A stretch of DNA of 44,600 nt from Sphingomonadales bacterium (GTDB lineage: Bacteria > Pseudomonadota > Alphaproteobacteria > Sphingomonadales > Sphingomonadaceae). The position numbers were made by a program, and so were the translations under genes. Positions 37,765 through 44,600 of this stretch are shown in pieces; position 1 is the first letter of the stretch, and each line of letters begins with the position of its first letter. A model generated the notes under the pieces. The model made no database searches, had not been told where the DNA came from, and saw nothing but the letters and a program-made list of their open reading frames with translations. The stretch is taken from the NCBI GenBank assembly GCA_028868335.1, contig JAGWUU010000001.1, forward strand, positions 1 to 44,600. The letters run 5' to 3'.

Positions 37765-38247
37765 TCAGATCGCGGCGGCGATCGCCTTGGCGAGAAGCTC
37801 CATCCCCGCCGCATCTTCCGCGTCGAAACGGGCCGGCTCGGGACTGTCGAGATCAATGACCGCAATCACCCGGTCCTGACGGATCACGGGAACCACCAGT
37901 TCGCTGCGGCTGGCGGCATCACAGGCGATGTGGCCGGGGAAGGCGTGGACGTCGGGAACGAGCTGGGTCATCCCGCTCGCCGCCGCCGCACCGCACACCC
38001 CCTTGCCCAGCGGGATACGGATGCAGGCGGCCCGCCCTTGGAACGGCCCAAGCACCAGTTCATCGGCTATCACCCGATAGAATCCGGCCCAGTTCAGCCA
38101 GTCGACATATTGCCAGATCAATGCCGACAGGTTGGCCATGTTGGCGACCCCGTCGCTTTCACCGGCGACCAGCGCACGCGCGGATTCGGTCAGTTCGCGG
38201 TAGAGTTCGGGCTTGGGCAGCGATCGATCGGGAGCAAAGGCATACAT
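37765..38247 (-). CDS. msrC: GAF-domain free methionine-(R)-sulfoxide reductase
   Basis: NWAGFY, LGPFQG..ACIRI..GKGVCG, HIACDAASRSELVVP, DLDS. Confidence 0.85.
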   Translation of the reverse strand: MYAFAPDRSLPKPELYRELTESARALVAGESDGVANMANLSALIWQYVDWLNWAGFYRVIADELVLGPFQGRAACIRIPLGKGVCGAAAASGMTQLVPDVHAFPGHIACDAASRSELVVPVIRQDRVIAVIDLDSPEPARFDAEDAAGMELLAKAIAAAI

Positions 38248-38307
38248 CGGGTTATGTTATCTCACTCACGCCTTGCCGCCTAGCCTGGTTGAGCCTATCC
38301 ATCGGGC

Positions 38308-39780
38308 ATGTCGACCAAAGGCAAACTGTTAGTAGCCCTCGCGGTGTTCGTCCTCGTCCTTGGCGGAATCGCCTTCTGGATGTTCCACGGAACCCCGGCG
38401 GAAAAGAGCGTGGACGAACTCTCAGGCGCCAACCCCGCGATCGTCGCTCCCAAGGTCGAGCAATTCCCGTCGATCGGAATCGCCAGGCCGATAGGCTGGG
38501 CGGCGAATGAGGCGCCCACGGCGGCCAAGGGCCTGGTGGTATCGCGCTTTGCCGAAGGGCTGGATCATCCGCGGGTCATGCTGACCTTGCCCAATGGCGA
38601 TGTGGTGGTGGCCGAGGCAGATGCCCCGCCGGGCAACCTCGGGACCGGGCTGACCGCCTGGATCGCCGAGCGTTTGATGCAGCGGGCCGGTGCGCAGGGT
38701 AAATCGCCTGATGCGCTGGTGCTGCTGCGCGATACCAATGGCGACGGCAAGGCCGATCAGAAATTCATGCTGCGCCAAGGCAACGGCCTCGCCTCGCCCT
38801 CGGGCCTGGCCTGGCGCGATGGCACGCTCTACGTCGCCAACCACAACGCGGTACTCTCGTTCCCCTATGCCTTGGGCGACACGGCCTTGGCTGCCGCTCC
38901 CAAGAAGCTGATGGACCTGCCCGGCGGCGGCAACCACTGGATGCGCAATATCCTGTTGAGCCCGGATGGCACGCAGTTGTTCGTTGCCGTCGGCTCATCC
39001 TCGAACATCGGTGAAAACGGGATGGACGCGGAAAAGGGCCGCGCAGCGATCTGGGAACTCAACCTCAAGACCGGCTACCCGCGTCAGTATGCGCAAGGCC
39101 TGCGCAATCCCAACGGGCTTGCATGGAACCCGTCAAGCGGCGAACTGTGGACCACGGTGAATGAACGCGACCAGCTTGGCCCTGACCTGGTGCCTGACTA
39201 CCTGACCAATGTGCCGGTCGGCACGCACTATGGTTGGCCTTGGGTTTACTGGAAGAAGTATGACGATGAGCGCGTTACCTCGGCGCCGCCGGAGTATTTC
39301 GATGATTATGTGCGCAAGCCGGAATATGCGCTTGGCGCGCACGTTGCCGCACTGGGCATGGCGTTCGTCACCGGCGGGGAAAAGCTGGGCGCTGAATTTG
39401 GCAATGGCGCGGTAATCGCGCGGCATGGTTCGTGGAACCGCACCCCGTTGTCGGGCTATGACGTGGTTTTCGTGAAGTTCGATGCCAACGGCAACCCGCA
39501 GGGCCTTCCGGTGCCGATCCTGACCGGTTTCCTTGCAAGCCAGAACCAGACGCGCGGCCGTCCCACCTGGGTAAGCTTCGCCAAGGACGGCGCACTGCTG
39601 GTGAGCGACGATACCGCCGGGATTGTGTGGCGGGTGATCGCGCCTGATGCCGCGGCGGCGGCGGTGGTCAAACCGGTGGTGACCGGGCGGATGCCTCCGC
39701 AACGCGAGCTTAAGGGCGATCCGAACGAAGAGGCGCAGTACACCGCCGGGTTCAAGAAGGATGAAAGCGTCAAGCAGTAG
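38308..39780 (+). CDS. PQQ-dependent sugar / L-sorbosone dehydrogenase family protein
   Basis: FAEGLDHPR, NHW.R, VGSSSN, GLRNPNG, VNERDQLG, YGWP, HGSWNR, GRP, LLVSDD; N-terminal anchor. Confidence 0.9.
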   Translation: MSTKGKLLVALAVFVLVLGGIAFWMFHGTPAEKSVDELSGANPAIVAPKVEQFPSIGIARPIGWAANEAPTAAKGLVVSRFAEGLDHPRVMLTLPNGDVVVAEADAPPGNLGTGLTAWIAERLMQRAGAQGKSPDALVLLRDTNGDGKADQKFMLRQGNGLASPSGLAWRDGTLYVANHNAVLSFPYALGDTALAAAPKKLMDLPGGGNHWMRNILLSPDGTQLFVAVGSSSNIGENGMDAEKGRAAIWELNLKTGYPRQYAQGLRNPNGLAWNPSSGELWTTVNERDQLGPDLVPDYLTNVPVGTHYGWPWVYWKKYDDERVTSAPPEYFDDYVRKPEYALGAHVAALGMAFVTGGEKLGAEFGNGAVIARHGSWNRTPLSGYDVVFVKFDANGNPQGLPVPILTGFLASQNQTRGRPTWVSFAKDGALLVSDDTAGIVWRVIAPDAAAAAVVKPVVTGRMPPQRELKGDPNEEAQYTAGFKKDESVKQ

Positions 39781-39785
39781 CGCGG

Positions 39786-40619
39786 TCAGGGGGCGTCGAG
39801 CGCCCGGCCCGCACGTCCGGCCAGTTCGGTGACGAACTGCCACGCGACCCTTCCCGAACGGGCGCCGCGCCGCTTGGACCATTCAAGCGCGTCTGCTTCG
39901 GCCCAGTCGAGGTTGTGCGCCGAACAATAGCCGCTGATGATCGCCAGATAGTCGTCCTGGCTACAGTTGTGAAAGCCGATCGACAGTCCGAAACGATCTG
40001 CCAGCGCGAGCCGATCGTCGACCGCATCGCGCGGGTTGATCGGATCGTCCTGCTCGGAAAGGTGGCGCGGTACGATCGCGCGGCGATTGGACGTGATCGC
40101 CAGGCGGACGTTGCCGGGACGGGCTTCGACCCCACCCTCTAGCCAGGACCGGAGGGCTCTGGGCCCGGTGCTGTCACCATCCTCGAAACCCAGATCGTCG
40201 ATGAATACCAGGAAGCGGCGATCGACGGCCCCCAGGATTGCGAACAGGCGGTTGAGCGAGGCGAGAGCTTCGGGCGCGACCTGAACCAGGGCCAGGCGCG
40301 AGACGTCAGCTTCCTGCGCGGCGGCCACGCTGGCGCGCAGAAGCGCTGACTTGCCCATGCCACGGGCGCCCCACAGCAACATGTCATGCGCCGCATGACC
40401 TGCCGCAAGGCGGGCGACGTTGGCAGTCACGTCGGCTTTCTGTGCGTCGATGCCCTTGAGCAGGGCAAGCGGCGGGGCGATGATCCGCGTTACCGGCCGC
40501 GCCGCCTGGTCCCAGACATAGGCCGGCTCGGCATGCCAATCGACGGGAGCGACCGGTGCCGGGATCAACCGCGCCAAGGCATCGGCAATTCGTGCAAGCG
40601 GGTCGGTCTCGGAACTCAT
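39786..40619 (-). CDS. DUF815 family AAA+ ATP-binding protein
   Basis: LLWGARGMGKS, FIDDLGFE, TSNRR, LADRFGL, RSGRVAWQF. Confidence 0.88.
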   Translation of the reverse strand: MSSETDPLARIADALARLIPAPVAPVDWHAEPAYVWDQAARPVTRIIAPPLALLKGIDAQKADVTANVARLAAGHAAHDMLLWGARGMGKSALLRASVAAAQEADVSRLALVQVAPEALASLNRLFAILGAVDRRFLVFIDDLGFEDGDSTGPRALRSWLEGGVEARPGNVRLAITSNRRAIVPRHLSEQDDPINPRDAVDDRLALADRFGLSIGFHNCSQDDYLAIISGYCSAHNLDWAEADALEWSKRRGARSGRVAWQFVTELAGRAGRALDAP

Positions 40620-42325
40620 CCCGCAAGTGCCGCGGCATCGAGCGCGTAGAGCAGGTTGGCCCCGGCAATGACGGAGGCTTTCAGTCCGCGTGCTTCGGTT
40701 GCGATGTGTTCAGCAAAGAAGCGTGCGACCACACGCTTTGCTTCACCTGCGGCGCTGTCACGAGCCTGGCGCTGGAGTTGCCAACCGGCAACGGCCACCG
40801 CCGCCATTGTGCAGAACGGCACGCTGCCAGCCAGGCGATCATCGAGGCTGGCCTCGTTGGCCATCCAACGGACGATCGCCGCGCAGTCCTGCGCCAGTTC
40901 GGCAATCTGCGGCGCATCGCCGCAATCGGCGGTGGCTTCGGCGAACAAGGCCGCCAAAACCTCGCCGCTTTGGTATCCCAGTTTGCGCGTGACGAGATCG
41001 GCGGCCTGGATGCCGTTGGTGCCTTCGTAGATCGGCGCGATCCGGGCATCCCGATAGTGCTGGGCGGCGCCGGTTTCCTCGATGAAGCCCATGCCGCCGT
41101 GGACCTGCACGCCAAGGCTCGCCACCTCGCAGCCGATGTCCGTGCCCCAGGCCTTGAGCATGGGAACCAGGCAGTCGGCCCGCTGCTGGGCGCCTTCAAC
41201 TTCCAGCGCGCCGCGATCGACCATGCCGGCAGTGTAATAGAGCAGGGCCCGCGCGCCTTCGGTCAGCGCCCGCATCCGCAGCACCATGCGCCGCACATCG
41301 GGATGCTCGATGATCGCTACCGGGTTTTTGTCGGGCGATCCGGCTCGTGCGGACTGTACGCGTTCACGGGCGTAGCCCTGCGCCTGCTGCAAGGCGCGTT
41401 CGGCGATCTGCACTCCCTGGCTGCCGACGTTGATCCGCGCCGAATTCATCATCGTGAACATCGCCTTGAGGCCTTCGTTCTCGGCTCCGACCAGCTCACC
41501 CACGCATTCGCCGTTGTCGCCGAAGCTCATCACGCAGGTCGGCGAGGCCATGATCCCCAGCTTGTGTTCAAGGCTGACACAGCGCAGGTCGTTGCGCGCG
41601 CCCGGCGTGCCGCTGGCGCCGACCAGGTACTTCGGCACCACGAACAGCGAAATGCCGCGCGATCCGCCCGGCGCACCGGGCGTGCGCGCAAGCACGAGAT
41701 GGATGACGTTGCTGGCAAGATCATTCTCGCCCCAGGTGATGAAGATCTTTGTGCCCTTGATCGACCAGGTGCCATCGCCGCGTGGCGTGGCTGTCGTGCG
41801 CAGCGCGCCGACATCGGAACCGGCCTGGGGCTCGGTCAGGTTCATGGTCCCCGACCATTCGCCGCTGATCAGCTTTGCCAGATAGATCGCCTTCTGGCTC
41901 TCGCTGCCGTGGTGAGCCACAGCTTCGATCGCCCCAACGGTCAGCATCGGCAGGAGCGAGAAGGCCATGTTGGCCGTGCCGAGATTTTCCAGCACATTGG
42001 CGGCCAGCGTGAAGGGCAGGCCCTGCCCGCCAAAATCGACCTCGCCCGAGATCGCGTTCCAGCCCTGTTCGACGTAGGCCCGATAGGCTTCCGCGAATCC
42101 ATCGGGCAGTGTCACCGTGTCGTTGGCCAGCCTGGCGCCTTCAAGGTCGCCCTTGCGGTTGAGCGGCGCGAACTCGCCGGTGGCGAACTGGCCTATTCCC
42201 TCGACGATCGCTTCGACCATGTCGGGGCTCGCCGCGGCGAACCGATCGTGGCGTCCGAGATCGTCGATCCCGGCGTTAACCCGGATGGCGAGAATCTGGT
42301 CGGCGGTGTTGGCGGCATATTCCAT
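40616..42325 (-). CDS. Acyl-CoA dehydrogenase (large, DmdC-like group)
   Basis: GTMNLTEPQAGSDVG, GTKIFIT, EHKLG, YARERVQ, QVHGGMG, IYEGTNGIQA; start set at ATG 42325. Confidence 0.9.
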   Translation of the reverse strand: MEYAANTADQILAIRVNAGIDDLGRHDRFAAASPDMVEAIVEGIGQFATGEFAPLNRKGDLEGARLANDTVTLPDGFAEAYRAYVEQGWNAISGEVDFGGQGLPFTLAANVLENLGTANMAFSLLPMLTVGAIEAVAHHGSESQKAIYLAKLISGEWSGTMNLTEPQAGSDVGALRTTATPRGDGTWSIKGTKIFITWGENDLASNVIHLVLARTPGAPGGSRGISLFVVPKYLVGASGTPGARNDLRCVSLEHKLGIMASPTCVMSFGDNGECVGELVGAENEGLKAMFTMMNSARINVGSQGVQIAERALQQAQGYARERVQSARAGSPDKNPVAIIEHPDVRRMVLRMRALTEGARALLYYTAGMVDRGALEVEGAQQRADCLVPMLKAWGTDIGCEVASLGVQVHGGMGFIEETGAAQHYRDARIAPIYEGTNGIQAADLVTRKLGYQSGEVLAALFAEATADCGDAPQIAELAQDCAAIVRWMANEASLDDRLAGSVPFCTMAAVAVAGWQLQRQARDSAAGEAKRVVARFFAEHIATEARGLKASVIAGANLLYALDAAALAG

Positions 42326-42381
42326 TGGCTCTCTCGCGGCTTTCCCTTGGCTTTGCGCGATTCCGCCTATAGCGGGAGGCC

Positions 42382-43332
42382 ATGTCCGGCAAGCATGACA
42401 ATCATACCCCGCGCGCAGCCGATGCGGCGGGAATTGCCGCGGCTGTCGAAATACTGCAGGCGGGCGGCCTTGTCGCGCTGCCGACCGAGACGGTCTATGG
42501 TCTCGCCGCGCGGGCGGACGAAGCAGATGCCGTAGCGGCAATCTACCGCGCCAAGGGCAGGCCCGACTTCAACCCGTTGATTGTCCATGTTGGCGCGCTG
42601 GCGCAGGCGCAGCGGCTGGCGCAATTCGACGATCGCGCCCGGGCGCTTGCCAAAGCGTTCTGGCCGGGCGCGCTGACCCTGGTTCTGCCGCTTCGCGAGG
42701 ATGCGCGAATCGCCCCGGCGGTAACCGCCGGGCTGGCGACCATCGCCCTTCGTTGCCCGGTCCATCCGGTGATGCGGGCGGTTCTGGAAGCAAGCGGACT
42801 GGCGCTGGCTGCACCTTCGGCCAATCGCAGCGGCGCGGTCAGCCCGACTCGCGCCGCGCATGTCGTCGCCTCGCTCGGTGATGCGGTGCCGCTGGTACTC
42901 GATGGCGGCGCCTGCGCTGCGGGCATCGAGAGCACGATCGTCGCCTTGCGGGCAAATGGAGGGTGGCAGGTGCTGCGTCCGGGACCGATTTCGGAGGCAC
43001 AGATCGCGGCGGTCCTTGGCGGCGCGGGTGACGTCGTTGCGTCAGGCGGAATCGAGGCGCCAGGCCAGCTTGCCAGCCATTATGCCCCAGGCAAGCCCGT
43101 CCGGCTCAACGCCAATGCGGCCGAACCCGACGAATTCCTGATAGGGTTCGGGGCGCTTGGCGGAAACGTCAGCCTGTCGGCCAGCGGTGATCTCGCTGAA
43201 GCGGCAGCGCGTCTCTATGACTGTCTGCATCAGGCCGCAGCCGCACCGCAACCGCGCATCGCGGTCGCGCCGGTTCCGGAAGGAGGCATCGGGGCGGCGA
43301 TCAATGATCGCCTGCGCCGCGCGGCGGCCTGA
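42382..43332 (+). CDS. sua5: L-threonylcarbamoyladenylate synthase (Sua5/TsaC)
   Basis: PTETVYGL, KGRP.FNPLIVH, APSAN.SG, GIESTI, APG...HYAP, AINDRLRRAA. Confidence 0.94.
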   Translation: MSGKHDNHTPRAADAAGIAAAVEILQAGGLVALPTETVYGLAARADEADAVAAIYRAKGRPDFNPLIVHVGALAQAQRLAQFDDRARALAKAFWPGALTLVLPLREDARIAPAVTAGLATIALRCPVHPVMRAVLEASGLALAAPSANRSGAVSPTRAAHVVASLGDAVPLVLDGGACAAGIESTIVALRANGGWQVLRPGPISEAQIAAVLGGAGDVVASGGIEAPGQLASHYAPGKPVRLNANAAEPDEFLIGFGALGGNVSLSASGDLAEAAARLYDCLHQAAAAPQPRIAVAPVPEGGIGAAINDRLRRAAA

Positions 43333-43335
43333 CGG

Positions 43336-44148
43336 CTATGGAGCCTTGGGCGCAGCAGGGGGCGAGGGCGGGGCCGGAGGCGCCTTGTCCTTGCCGCTTT
43401 CCTGTACCGGCGTTTCGCAGACGAGGCGGCCCGAGCCCATCGAATTGACCGTGCAGCGGGCGCGTCCCTTCACCGTTACCTGGCCGGATCCCATGATTGT
43501 CGCTTCGACCTCGCCATCGGATGCGAAAGCGGCATCGCCTGATCCAGCGATGGTCACCTTGGCCTTGTCGGTCTTCAAGGCATCGAGTGCGGCCGATCCG
43601 CTTCCGGCGACGGTCATCTCAAGCGATTTGACGTTGCCCGCGCCGCGCAGGCTGCCCGATCCGGCGATCGTCAGATCGAGCGAATCGCCTGCAACGTGTG
43701 GCGTTTCGATGTTGCCACTTCCTGCAACGGTGATCTTGGCCTTGCTCGCCAGTGCCGCCGCGACGATTTTGCCCGAACCCGCCATCACCACTTCCTTGGG
43801 AGCGGGCATGGTCACGTGAACCACGGCGATCTTGCCGCCGCTGCCGAACAGCTTGCCCTCGCGCATGATGCCCAGGGTTCCGTCCTTCAATGTGAAACGC
43901 AGCTTTGCCGCGGCATCGGCATCCCCGTCGACCGTGATCGCAAGCTTGTCGCCCGGCTGGACCTGGACTTCATCGGGACCAGCGAGGACGAGTTCTTCCG
44001 GTGCAGCGCCGGTCAGGTCGAGATCGGCGAGCTTTTTGCCCTCCTCCCCGTTGATCTTGAATGAAGCCCCATCGCAACCCGCGACGGCCGCGGCGAGCGC
44101 AATGCCGACGATCGGGGCAAGAGTGCGGGCAAAGTGCTTGAAGGTCAT
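43336..44148 (-). CDS. DUF2807 (head GIN) beta-helix lipoprotein
   Basis: Lipobox VAGC; repeated (I/V)AGSG units; Pro-rich tail. Confidence 0.85.
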   Translation of the reverse strand: MTFKHFARTLAPIVGIALAAAVAGCDGASFKINGEEGKKLADLDLTGAAPEELVLAGPDEVQVQPGDKLAITVDGDADAAAKLRFTLKDGTLGIMREGKLFGSGGKIAVVHVTMPAPKEVVMAGSGKIVAAALASKAKITVAGSGNIETPHVAGDSLDLTIAGSGSLRGAGNVKSLEMTVAGSGSAALDALKTDKAKVTIAGSGDAAFASDGEVEATIMGSGQVTVKGRARCTVNSMGSGRLVCETPVQESGKDKAPPAPPSPPAAPKAP

Positions 44149-44166
44149 GCGCGGCTCCCGGCAATG

Positions 44167-44188
44167 TGTATTATTGATATAATACGGC
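44167..44188. promoter_or_regulatory. Perfect palindromic operator GTATTAT-N4-ATAATAC upstream of the DUF2807 gene
   Basis: 7-bp inverted repeat 44168-44185, ~20 nt before ATG 44148; near copy at 3111-3132. Confidence 0.7.
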
Positions 44189-44218
44189 AAGACGGATCAA
44201 TCAAGCCCGAAACGCGAA

Positions 44219-44246
44219 AGGGCCGCTCCCTTGCGGGAACGGCCCT
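44219..44246 (-). terminator. Intrinsic terminator of carD
   Basis: Minus strand AGGGCCGTTCCC-GCAA-GGGAGCGGCCCT followed by TTCGCGTTT; GNRA loop. Confidence 0.8.
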
Positions 44247-44270
44247 CCTCGGTGATCGATAAACGACGGT

Positions 44271-44600
44271 TCAGGCGGTCGCCTGCTCCGCGTAGTACTT
44301 GGGCGCATGCTCGTTGAGGATCGCAAGGATCTTGCGCAGCGCGGCCGGCTCGTCCGTCTTTTCCATCGCCGCCAACTCGCGCGCGAGGCGCGATGAGGCT
44401 GCTTCGAAAATCTGGCGTTCGGAATACGACTGTTCGGGCTGGTCGTCAGCGCGGAACAGGTCGCGGGTCACTTCGGCGATCGACACCAGGTCGCCCGAGT
44501 TGATCTTGGCTTCGTATTCCTGGGCGCGGCGCGACCACATGGTGCGCTTGACCTTGGGCTTGCCCTTGAGCGTGTCGAGCGCTTCGCGCAGGGTCTTGTC
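44271..44600 (-). CDS. carD: CarD family transcriptional regulator, C-terminal part (truncated by window edge)
   Basis: KRTMWSRRAQEYEAKINSGD, QSYSERQIFEAASSRLAREL. Confidence 0.92.
   Translation of the reverse strand, partial: DKTLREALDTLKGKPKVKRTMWSRRAQEYEAKINSGDLVSIAEVTRDLFRADDQPEQSYSERQIFEAASSRLARELAAMEKTDEPAALRKILAILNEHAPKYYAEQATA

Noticed and set aside
43440-43800. Repeated GSG-coding units as a DNA repeat array
   Set aside because: Explained by the beta-helix repeats of the DUF2807 protein; no CRISPR-like periodicity
43808-43823. parS-like ATGGTCACGTGAACCA inside the DUF2807 gene
   Set aside because: Five mismatches to consensus, left arm broken

Overview
High-GC alphaproteobacterial chromosome segment (gene content and order point to Sphingomonadales, Novosphingobium-like) spanning the replication origin. 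It holds the conserved ori block (hpf-ptsN, dnaQ-coaE-aroE-maf-ppsR | oriC | hemE-hemJ-rho, mnmE-mnmG-rsmG-parA-parB with three parS sites), the pcm-tolC-popZ operon and other housekeeping genes. Accessory elements are a Cys-rich TonB-dependent receptor between hemE and hemJ and an archaic (Csu/SCPU-type) chaperone-usher pilus cluster directly after parB, whose usher has a 1-nt frameshift. No rRNA, tRNA, CRISPR, IS element or prophage was recognised. The most interesting unexplained signals are non-coding: a nested multi-helix ~190-nt leader upstream of a SleB-type cell-wall hydrolase, a 22-bp operator shared by the pcm-tolC-popZ and DUF2807 promoters 41 kb apart, and a dense regulatory region inside the pilus locus. 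All protein calls come from motif and synteny recognition; no database searches were run.
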